A model generated the notes under the pieces. It searched no databases. It was not told where the DNA came from and was given only the letters and a program-made list of their open reading frames with translations. A stretch of 64,000 bases of DNA from Vicinamibacterales bacterium (lineage in GTDB: Bacteria > Acidobacteriota > Vicinamibacteria > Vicinamibacterales > JAMQPK01), in the NCBI GenBank assembly GCA_036556585.1, contig DATBJG010000415.1, forward strand, positions 131-64,130, given 5' to 3'. The translations under genes and the position numbers were made by a program. Positions 31,077 to 39,158 of the stretch are shown here, one piece after another (the first letter of the stretch is position 1; every line of letters starts with the position of its first letter).

Positions 31077-32062
31077 GCAGCAGCGAGTTCCATACGCAAG
31101 CCTCATCGTCCCGCATGCAAGCGCTCACGCAGCAGGTGGCGAAAGCCGCAGGCGGCCGTGACCATGTCCTGATTACCGGCGAGCCAGGCACGGGCAGGGA
31201 AGCCGTGGCGCGCGAGATTCATCGCCGGTCGTCCGCAACGGCGGGATTCGTCAAGGCGGCAAGCACCCATGCGGCGCTGGAGACGCTGGAGCGCGATCTG
31301 TTTGGCTTCCAGTTGGGTCGCACCGCGGGCGAGGAGCGTCGAAATCTCGAACGGATTGCGAGAGGCGGCCAGTTGCTTGATGCAATTGGCGGAACGCTCT
31401 TCCTCGAACATCTGACCGAAATCCCCGCGCGGATTCAGGCACGTCTGGTGAGGCTGTTCCGAGATCGCGAGGCGATGGTCGTGCAAGACCGCTCCTCGGT
31501 TGGGTTTGACGTGCGCGCGATTGCGGCTGTCGATGCGGCGTACGATCAGGCCGTCGAAGAGGGTCGGGTCAGGGGTGACCTCCATCGGGTGATTTCCGCA
31601 ATTCGCATTGACGTGCCTCCTTTGAGAGAGCGGCGCGAAGATATTCCCGGCCTCGCGGCACATTTTCTGACCGTGATTGGGAGCAGGTCTTCTGTTCCTC
31701 CAAAGACACTCAGCGAACCCGCGCTGCAGCTGCTGACCGCGCTGCCGTGGCCAGGCAACGTGAGAGAACTCGAGCGTCTCTTGACCGGCCTTGCACAGCG
31801 CGTCAAAACCGACGTCATCCGACTGGAGGACGTCCTGTCCAGCATTCAGCTCGATGGCCGCTCCATCCCATCCGCCGCCGGTGGGACGCTGCGTGAGGCA
31901 CGCGCACGGTTCGAGCGAGAGTACATCGCGGCCGCGCTCGATCAACACAGTGGTCGTATTCCGGACGCCGCGCGAATGCTCGGTATTCAGCGCACCAACC
32001 TCTACCGAAAGTTGAAACGCCTCAAGATTCCCATCGACCGACGACGCTCCATCACCCCATAG
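31073..32062 (+). CDS. Sigma54-interaction-domain (AAA+) / Fis-HTH transcriptional regulator with degenerate catalytic motifs and no sensory domain
   Basis: 329 aa. EBP hallmarks are retained: PPLRERREDIPGLAAHF, WPGNVRELERL and the C-terminal HTH AARMLGIQRTNLYRKLKRL. Walker A reads GEPGTGRE, Walker B reads GGTLFLEHL, and the GAFTGA position reads FQLGRTAGE. Confidence 0.8.
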   Translation: MSSSEFHTQASSSRMQALTQQVAKAAGGRDHVLITGEPGTGREAVAREIHRRSSATAGFVKAASTHAALETLERDLFGFQLGRTAGEERRNLERIARGGQLLDAIGGTLFLEHLTEIPARIQARLVRLFRDREAMVVQDRSSVGFDVRAIAAVDAAYDQAVEEGRVRGDLHRVISAIRIDVPPLRERREDIPGLAAHFLTVIGSRSSVPPKTLSEPALQLLTALPWPGNVRELERLLTGLAQRVKTDVIRLEDVLSSIQLDGRSIPSAAGGTLREARARFEREYIAAALDQHSGRIPDAARMLGIQRTNLYRKLKRLKIPIDRRRSITP

Positions 32063-32067
32063 CTTGC

Positions 32068-33066
32068 ATGCCTGACTCAGGCATAGCCGTTGTCTGCGGA
32101 GCTGGCGGCTTCATTGGAGGGCACCTCGTCGGGCACCTCCTGGAGCATCGTCGGTTACGCGTGCGCGCTGTTGACGTCAAGCCGGGTCATCAGTGGCACC
32201 AACGCCACCGCGCTGCCGAAAATCTGGAGCTCGACCTCTCTGAGCTGGGGTCATGCCGTCGTGCCCTGGTCGGAGCTGCTGAGGTCTACAACCTTGCCGC
32301 TGACATGGGGGGCATGGGGTTCATCGAGCGCAACAAGGCGTTGTGCATGCTGAATGTCCTCATTAACACCCATTTGCTCCTGGCAGCGCGCGACGAGCGT
32401 GTGCAGCGGTTCTTCTATGCATCTTCGGCGTGTGTCTACAACGCTTCCCGACAGGCCTCGCCGGAAGTTACACCGCTTCGCGAAGAAGACGCGTACCCCG
32501 CAATGCCGGAAGACGGGTATGGCTGGGAAAAGTTGTTCGGCGAGCGCATGTGCCGTCACTTCGACGAGGACTTTGGTCTGAACACGCGCGTGGCGCGCTA
32601 CCACAACGTGTACGGTCCGTTCGGCGCGTACGACGGCGGCCGCGAAAAGGCTCCTGCGGCAATCTGCCGCAAGGTTATCGAGGCCAAGAGGTCTGGCCGC
32701 CATGAGATTGAAATCTGGGGAACGGGCAACCAGACCCGAAGTTTCACTTACATTGCCGACTGTCTCGAGGGTACCGCCAGGCTGACCGAAAGCACTGTCT
32801 GCGAACCGGTGAACGTGGGGAGTTCCGAGCGGGTGACGATCAACCAGCTTGTCGACATGGTGGAAACCATCGCTGGTATACGGTTGACTCGCCGATACAA
32901 CCTTTCCGCCCCGAATGGTGTCAACGGTCGCAACAGCGACAACACCAAAGTTCGCGCCTTGCTCGGCTGGGAGCCCACGACTCCTCTCGTTTCCGGAATG
33001 GAGGCGACGTATCGGTGGATCCACGACGCGATGCATGTTCCGACCAGAGGTGCCGTGTGCGCCTGA
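32068..33066 (+). CDS. NAD-dependent sugar-nucleotide epimerase closely resembling GDP-mannose 3,5-epimerase
   Basis: 332 aa with a Rossmann motif (GAGGFIGGHL). There are long identities to the plant/bacterial GME pattern as I remember it: NLAADMGGMGFI, RFFYASSACVY, GGREKAPAAICRK, QTRSFTYI, EPVNVGS and NGRNSDN. Confidence 0.72.
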   Translation: MPDSGIAVVCGAGGFIGGHLVGHLLEHRRLRVRAVDVKPGHQWHQRHRAAENLELDLSELGSCRRALVGAAEVYNLAADMGGMGFIERNKALCMLNVLINTHLLLAARDERVQRFFYASSACVYNASRQASPEVTPLREEDAYPAMPEDGYGWEKLFGERMCRHFDEDFGLNTRVARYHNVYGPFGAYDGGREKAPAAICRKVIEAKRSGRHEIEIWGTGNQTRSFTYIADCLEGTARLTESTVCEPVNVGSSERVTINQLVDMVETIAGIRLTRRYNLSAPNGVNGRNSDNTKVRALLGWEPTTPLVSGMEATYRWIHDAMHVPTRGAVCA

Positions 33067-34325
33067 TCGCGGCCGACCGATCGAAGCATTGCATGGTGGC
33101 AGCATGCCTGGCCGTTTTCGTGTCGGCCAGTCAGGCGGCTGCCCAGTCACCACCGGCAGGGGAGCCTCCATCGCCGTTCCAGTTGAAAAGCGGTGCGTTC
33201 ACCGTGACGCCGGCGGTTCGACTCGTGGATGTAGGGGTCGAGACGAACGTCTTCAGTACTGGTGAACGCGCCTCTGATTTCACCGCGACCGTCGAGCCAC
33301 AACTCGAAGCACGAATTCAGCGGACACGTTTCGACGTTCGTGCCACAGGTCGCGCTGGCCTCGTGTACTACCAGGAGTTCGCGAGTGAACGTGCGTTCAA
33401 TCCAGGGGTCCGTCTGCAGGCCGAGCTCCGCAGGAGCTCACGGCTCGCGTTCTATGGCGATGCCGACGTCGGTTATACCAACGGGCGATCAGGCCCAGAG
33501 GTCGATGCGCGGGTCCGCAGTTTCGTCCGGCTGTTCAAGGCTGGAACCCGAATCGGCGGTCACAAGCTGCAGCTTGACGTGAACGGATCGTACACGGACG
33601 TCGAGGTGGACGAATCCGAGGAATTCATGCATGTCCAACTGGAGGACACGCTCAACCGTACTGTGCAACTGGGGTCGGTCAAGCTCCTTCATCACTTGAC
33701 GCCGTACACCGGCTTGACGTTCACGGCCGAAGGACTGCAGCAACGGTTCCCCCGGGCACCCGAACGAGACATTGATTCGGTCAGCGGCACGGTCGGTGTC
33801 GACCTCAGTCCTCAGGCGCTCATTGGCGGGACTGCCGCGATCGGCTATCGCTCGGCGAACCCGTTGCACGACATCACGCCCGAGTTCGCGGGCCTCATTT
33901 ACCGTGGCGGGATCAGCAGTACGGTGCGGGATCGACTCTCCCTGTCGGTCGGCGCCGAGCGCGATATCGATCCTTCGTACCGGTACGACGCGCCGTACTA
34001 CGAGTACGACCTGTACGAGGCCGGCGCGCAACAGGTGCTCTGGCGTCGGCTCGATGTGGGAATCAGCGGGTCTCGCACGAAGATCAAGTATCACGCTTTT
34101 ACAAGCGGTGTGTTCGAGGGTGACACACGCGAAACATTGGACAACCTGACGGTGAGCGTCGGACTGCGCATGACTCGGCACAACCGCGTGTCCGGCTACA
34201 TCTCACAGTGGCGACGTGTGAACGGCGCCAATCCCTACAAAGACATTCAGGTCGGCATGATGGTGACGGTCGGCCGCGTGTCGGTCAGCGAACGTGGCGT
34301 TTTTCTGAACGGTCCCACGAGATGA
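33057..34325 (+). CDS. Secreted protein, candidate outer-membrane beta-barrel associated with polysaccharide export
   Basis: Signal peptide (..MVAACLAVFVSASQAAAQ) followed by about 400 aa of alternating-polarity, Gly/Tyr/Arg-rich segments typical of a barrel. The start is either GTG 33057 or ATG 33093. The stop overlaps the wza start (ATGA). The function is inferred from context. Confidence 0.5.
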   Translation: MRLIAADRSKHCMVAACLAVFVSASQAAAQSPPAGEPPSPFQLKSGAFTVTPAVRLVDVGVETNVFSTGERASDFTATVEPQLEARIQRTRFDVRATGRAGLVYYQEFASERAFNPGVRLQAELRRSSRLAFYGDADVGYTNGRSGPEVDARVRSFVRLFKAGTRIGGHKLQLDVNGSYTDVEVDESEEFMHVQLEDTLNRTVQLGSVKLLHHLTPYTGLTFTAEGLQQRFPRAPERDIDSVSGTVGVDLSPQALIGGTAAIGYRSANPLHDITPEFAGLIYRGGISSTVRDRLSLSVGAERDIDPSYRYDAPYYEYDLYEAGAQQVLWRRLDVGISGSRTKIKYHAFTSGVFEGDTRETLDNLTVSVGLRMTRHNRVSGYISQWRRVNGANPYKDIQVGMMVTVGRVSVSERGVFLNGPTR

Positions 34326-35221
34326 CAGAGGAATCTGGAATGGGAAAGCGCTCTCGAGGGTGTCGCGGGGCGACGGTCAAGCTCCTCGGATCTCTTGCAG
34401 CAGCCATCTGGTTGTCGGCGGCTGCGGTCACGCTGGCGCAGTCGCCCGCTGCGCCGGCTCCTGGTCGTGCCGATTACGTGATTGGCGTGCAGGACATTCT
34501 CAACATCACGGTCTGGGAGCATGAAGACCTCGACGGAAAGTTCACGGTTCAGCCCGACGGAACGATAACGCTGCCGCTCATAGGACGGCTGGCGGCGGCG
34601 GGCCTCACGATTCGTGAGTTTGAAACTGACCTGGTTCGGGCACTGTCCGAGGGGTTCATTCGACAACCACGTGTTGCCATCACGTTCGATCAGATTCGAG
34701 GCCGGCGCGTCTTCATTTTTGGCAATGTGGCAGCGCCCGGCACGTACCCGCTGACCGAAGGACAGACGTTGATCGAAGCGCTGGCCAAGGCTGGCTATGG
34801 TGTCGCCTCGGAGGCGGTCGTCGTACGACCGAAGCATCCGTCAGGTCCGAAATTGCCGGAGCATGCCAGCGACGGAGAGGTGCTGCGAATCAACTTGCGT
34901 GAGCTGGAAAAAGACGTGCAGCACGGATCGCTCGGACGCAACGTGATTCTGCACGATGGCGACACGGTGTTCGTGCCGCGCGACGACCCCACACGAATCT
35001 TCGTGACCGGCCACGTGCGTAACCCCGGAGCGTACTCGATTGCTGAGGGTACCACCGTGCTGCAAGTGCTTGCCCTGGCCGGCGGGGCCACAGAGGAAGC
35101 CGCGATCAACCGTCTCAAAGTCCTGCGAATTGTCGAAGGCAAACAGCAGTCGATCAAAGTCAAGCTGTCCGACCCAATCCGCGCGGGCGACACCCTTGTG
35201 ATTCCCGAAAGGTTCTTCTGA
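34322..35221 (+). CDS. wza: Polysaccharide export (OPX/Wza family) protein, short form
   Basis: About 299 aa with a signal peptide, a Poly_export motif region (YVIGVQDILNITVWEHEDLDGKFTVQPDGTITLPLIGRLAAAGLT) and two SLBB-like segments. It ends ...GDTLVIPERFF with no further C-terminal segment. An alternative ATG lies at 34340. Confidence 0.85.
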   Translation: MTEESGMGKRSRGCRGATVKLLGSLAAAIWLSAAAVTLAQSPAAPAPGRADYVIGVQDILNITVWEHEDLDGKFTVQPDGTITLPLIGRLAAAGLTIREFETDLVRALSEGFIRQPRVAITFDQIRGRRVFIFGNVAAPGTYPLTEGQTLIEALAKAGYGVASEAVVVRPKHPSGPKLPEHASDGEVLRINLRELEKDVQHGSLGRNVILHDGDTVFVPRDDPTRIFVTGHVRNPGAYSIAEGTTVLQVLALAGGATEEAAINRLKVLRIVEGKQQSIKVKLSDPIRAGDTLVIPERFF

Positions 35222-37548
35222 TGTCCGATTCCCTGGTTCAGGGTCCTGACGAGAGGCCTCGGCCGACGGTGGTGCATCCACACCCCCACTCACGCGCGAC
35301 CCCGTGGACGCCCGCACTGGTCGATCTGCTCGGCGGACACCCGGGAGAGTCCCGGTCGTTGTTCGATTGGCGGGAATGGATCCGGACATTACGACGACGC
35401 TGCTGGCCGGCCCTGACGGTATTTGTCGTCGTACTCATCGGAGCGTTCTTTCACGCCCTGACCCGCGTCCCCGTCTACCAAGCGCGAGTACGTGTCCTGA
35501 TTGAACCGAATCGGGCCAACATGACGGGTTTGACCGATCCACTCGAAGCGGACTACGCGGAGGCAGACTTTCTGACCCAGTTCATGATTCTCCAGAGTCG
35601 ATCGCTTGCACGACGAACCATGGAGACGCTGGGAGCCTGGGACCAAACAGGCGAGACGCCGCCGCCAGTGCCGGGGTCCTGGAGCGCTTTCGTTCAGACA
35701 CTCGAGGATGGGGCCCGCCGAACGTTTGCTTGGACACGCGAACGCGCCGGTTTTGCTTCTCCGACCAGCCCTGCCGAGCCGCCGGCCCCCGACGAAAGTG
35801 TGGTCGACACGGCAAAGATCAACAGCTTTTTGACCGGGCTCCGTGTGATTGCGATTCCGGGCAGCAGGCTTGTCGACGTGTTCTACGAATCCCGGGATCC
35901 TCATGTGGCGTCGACAACGGCCAACACCATCGTTCAGCAATTCATCCAGCAGAACCTCGAATTGCGGTTTCTCGCCTCCAAGGAGGCCACCGAGTGGTTG
36001 AACGAGCGGCTTGGTGAACAACGCAAGGCGCTCGATGCATCAGTAGAGGCGCTGCGCGCTTACCAGCGGAAAAACGGGATTGTGCCGGTGGGTGAGCAGG
36101 CCAGCGTGACGGTTCAGAAACTCACCGATTTGACGACGGCCTATACGAAGGCAAAGACAGACCGCATCGAAAAGGAGACGCTGTTTAACCAGCTCGAGAT
36201 GTCGGCGAGAGATCGTAGCAGCCTCGATGCGTTTCCCGTCATTGCCAACAATCCGATCGTCCAGGAGCTCAAGTCTGAGCTCATCTCTCTACAGCGCCAG
36301 GAAGCGCAGCAGTCCGAAAAGCTTGGTGACCGTCATCCCACCCTCATCAAGACACGCGAGGGTGTCCGCAACGCCGAAGGGAGGCTGCGCGTCGAGATGA
36401 CCAAGGCTGCCGAATCGGTCCGCGCCGAATATCAGTCAGCCAGGGCGGCCGAATCGAGCCTCGGCCGGGCGCTCGAGTCACAACGTAAGGAGATGCTCTC
36501 GCTCAACCGGAGCGACGTCGAGCTCGCGGTCTTGCAGCGTGACATGGAGAGCAACCGGCAGATTTACGACAGCCTGCTTCAGCGTGTGAACGAGTTTGGG
36601 GTTACTCGCGAACAGCGGATCAGCAATCTGAGGATTGTCGACCGCGCCGAAGTGCCGCAGGCTCCGCTGGCCACGGGTATCCGCACGGACCTGAGGCTCG
36701 GCCTGCTCGGCGGCCTTCTGCTCGCAATCGGGATGGCATTTCTCCTGGAGCGTCTGGACAATCGCGTCAAGCTTCCAGAACAAATCGGAAGCGAACTGGG
36801 ACTCACGTTTCTCGGCATGGTCCCGCTTGTCGGTGAGGACGAGCTGACGCGCCCCCTGCTCGTCGATCGACCTGTCCCGGCGGGATTTGGGGAAGCTATT
36901 CGTGCATTCCGTACGAATGTTCGCCTGTCGATTGCTTCCGATGGCTTACGGTCGGTCGTGGTCACCAGTGCGTGCGCCGGCGACGGCAAGACCCTCGTCG
37001 CCAGCAACCTCGCCTTAACGCTTGCGATGGCCGAGCAACGTGTTCTCCTCATCGACGCCGATCTGCGGCGGCCGAGCCTGCATACCACCTTCGACCTCAA
37101 GAAGGAACCCGGGTTGACCAACTTCCTCATCGGAGATGGTCAGGCTGCCAGCATCATCCGACGAACCCGCGTACCCGGATTGCATATCCTGACGTCGGGG
37201 ACCCTCCCGCCAAATCCCTCGGAGCTCCTCGACTCGAGACGATTCAAGAAGTTCCTGTTGCAGCTCGGCAAGTACTACGACTGGGTGGTGCTCGATTCAC
37301 CGCCCGTCATGCCGGTCACAGACGCCATTGTCCTGGCCGACGTCGCGTCGGGTGTGATTTTTGTGACCGCGGCAGAGACGACCCCGCTACCGGCGGCGCG
37401 TAGCGCCATCGAGCAGTTGCGACGCGCGCCAGCTCCAGTACTGGGCGCGGTGTTGAACCGGGCAGACCTGAAGCGCCGCAGCTACTACTACACCAAGTAC
37501 TACAAGCGCGACTATGAGGGGTATTACGAGCGTGCCACCTCAGCCTGA
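35221..37548 (+). CDS. wzc: Polysaccharide co-polymerase / tyrosine autokinase (Wzc/GumC-type PCP-2a)
   Basis: 775 aa with two TM segments flanking a long coiled periplasmic region. The kinase Walker A is SACAGDGKT, Walker A' is LLIDADLRRP and Walker B is VVLDSPPV. The C-terminal tail RRSYYYTKYYKRDYEGYYERATSA carries 8 Tyr. Confidence 0.88.
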   Translation: MSDSLVQGPDERPRPTVVHPHPHSRATPWTPALVDLLGGHPGESRSLFDWREWIRTLRRRCWPALTVFVVVLIGAFFHALTRVPVYQARVRVLIEPNRANMTGLTDPLEADYAEADFLTQFMILQSRSLARRTMETLGAWDQTGETPPPVPGSWSAFVQTLEDGARRTFAWTRERAGFASPTSPAEPPAPDESVVDTAKINSFLTGLRVIAIPGSRLVDVFYESRDPHVASTTANTIVQQFIQQNLELRFLASKEATEWLNERLGEQRKALDASVEALRAYQRKNGIVPVGEQASVTVQKLTDLTTAYTKAKTDRIEKETLFNQLEMSARDRSSLDAFPVIANNPIVQELKSELISLQRQEAQQSEKLGDRHPTLIKTREGVRNAEGRLRVEMTKAAESVRAEYQSARAAESSLGRALESQRKEMLSLNRSDVELAVLQRDMESNRQIYDSLLQRVNEFGVTREQRISNLRIVDRAEVPQAPLATGIRTDLRLGLLGGLLLAIGMAFLLERLDNRVKLPEQIGSELGLTFLGMVPLVGEDELTRPLLVDRPVPAGFGEAIRAFRTNVRLSIASDGLRSVVVTSACAGDGKTLVASNLALTLAMAEQRVLLIDADLRRPSLHTTFDLKKEPGLTNFLIGDGQAASIIRRTRVPGLHILTSGTLPPNPSELLDSRRFKKFLLQLGKYYDWVVLDSPPVMPVTDAIVLADVASGVIFVTAAETTPLPAARSAIEQLRRAPAPVLGAVLNRADLKRRSYYYTKYYKRDYEGYYERATSA

Positions 37549-39073
37549 AGCCCGCGCGTTGTTCAGAAACGTGGGGAGTCGTGCCGTTCTGTTGCCACAC
37601 TCCCAAGACGTGGCGACAGGTGTCGACGGCACGACATGGGCGCGCGAAGCTCGACTCGGGCCCAAGCGCCAGGAGATCGTCTTTGGCCATGCCGTCCTTT
37701 GTGCGGATGCGCTCGTTCTGATGGCAAGCTTTCTCATCGCGTACATGGTTAGAGACGGGCTCGTGTGGTATGGCGGCCTGCTTCCGCTGCAATCCCATGT
37801 GTGGGTGATTGGATTGATTCTTCCAATCTGGCTCATCCTCGCGCAGGTCATGGGCCTCACTGACTCCACCACATACTTGCGGTCTCGACCTCCCCTCGTG
37901 CAAACGCTCAAGGTGCACGCAATCTCCGGGCTGTTGCTGTTGAGTGCGCTGTACCTGCTCAGAGCGACCGACGTCAGCCGATTGTTCATGCAGACGTTTC
38001 TCGTCATTGGCGGTGGAGTTTTCATGCTCGAGCGCATCGCCATCCGCGCCACACTGGGGCACCTTGGCAGGCATCGCCCAGGCCATGCGCGGCGCGTGCT
38101 CATCATCGGCACCACGCCGGAGGCCGCACGACTGCATCGGTTGCTCGGGCGTCGGCCGCATTGGGGCGCTGAAATCGTGGGGTTTGTCACAGCCGGCTCG
38201 GCGCCGCTCAACCACTTCTCGGGGCTCCCGGTGATGGGGAACGTCGACGATTTCGAATCGGTGCTCGAAGAACACGTCCTGGACGAGGTGGTGCTGGCCG
38301 ATGGCAGCCTCGATCCGCAGAGTGTCGAACAACTGGCGCAAACCTGCGTTGAGCGCGGGTTGACATTCGATGCGCTCGTCCGGATGCCCACCATGACCCC
38401 GGCTCGACATCATGCAGAGATGCTTGGCGAAGGTCTCTACCTCATGTCGCTCGAAACGGCCCCACAGAACCCGGGCATGCTCTTCATCAAGCGCGCCATT
38501 GACGTGGTGGGGGCCTGCGCGGGCCTGGTCCTGTTGACGCTGGCGTTCGTGATCGTGGCGCCACTCGTTCGGCTCGAGTCACGAGGACCGGTCATCTTTC
38601 GACAGCGGCGCATTGGCAGGAACGGCCGGTACTTCGCGCTTTACAAGTTCCGCACCATGAGAAGTGATGCCGCGTCCCAGAAGGCGCAGCTGACCGACGC
38701 CAATGAAATGCGCGGCCATCTTTTCAAGATTCGTAACGATCCTCGCGTCACTCTGGTGGGCCGATTCCTGCGGAAGACGTATTTCGATGAGCTGCCGCAG
38801 TTCTGGAACGTGCTCAAGGGCGACATGAGCCTGGTCGGCACGCGACCGCCAACGCCAGATGAAGTTGCCCGCTATTCACCCCATCACCGCCGGCGGTTGA
38901 GTGTGCGCCCCGGGATGACCGGCCTCTGGCAGATCGCGGGGAATGGGCGTGTCCGCGACTTCGAAGAAGTCGTTCGTCTGGATTGCGACTACATCGAGCG
39001 ATGGTCGATCTGGCTCGACCTTTCCATCCTGATGCGGACCTGTCTCACAGTTGCACGGCTGGGCGGCCACTAG
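37514..39073 (+). CDS. Polyprenyl-phosphate hexose-1-phosphate transferase (WbaP/EPS sugar transferase family), initiating enzyme
   Basis: 519 aa with N-terminal TM segments. The C-terminal bacterial sugar transferase domain shows FALYKFRTM, DELPQFWNVLKGDMSLVGTRPP and PGMTGLWQI. The exact start is uncertain: ATG 37514 overlaps wzc by 35 nt, and an in-frame GTG lies at 37532. Confidence 0.85.
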   Translation: MRGITSVPPQPEARALFRNVGSRAVLLPHSQDVATGVDGTTWAREARLGPKRQEIVFGHAVLCADALVLMASFLIAYMVRDGLVWYGGLLPLQSHVWVIGLILPIWLILAQVMGLTDSTTYLRSRPPLVQTLKVHAISGLLLLSALYLLRATDVSRLFMQTFLVIGGGVFMLERIAIRATLGHLGRHRPGHARRVLIIGTTPEAARLHRLLGRRPHWGAEIVGFVTAGSAPLNHFSGLPVMGNVDDFESVLEEHVLDEVVLADGSLDPQSVEQLAQTCVERGLTFDALVRMPTMTPARHHAEMLGEGLYLMSLETAPQNPGMLFIKRAIDVVGACAGLVLLTLAFVIVAPLVRLESRGPVIFRQRRIGRNGRYFALYKFRTMRSDAASQKAQLTDANEMRGHLFKIRNDPRVTLVGRFLRKTYFDELPQFWNVLKGDMSLVGTRPPTPDEVARYSPHHRRRLSVRPGMTGLWQIAGNGRVRDFEEVVRLDCDYIERWSIWLDLSILMRTCLTVARLGGH

Positions 39074-39158
39074 GTCGGATTTCGGAGCTGGGCTTTCGGC
39101 TCTCGAGTCGCAACAGCCCAGGATCAGAGATCACGTAGCCGAAAGGCGAAAGCCGAAT
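39074..39158. repeat. Intergenic heptamer-family repeat block with its two halves in opposite orientation
   Basis: gtcggat ttcggag ctgggct ttcggct ctcgagt ... agccgaa aggcgaa agccgaa. The left half is in TCGG orientation and the right half in CCGA orientation. Confidence 0.55.
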
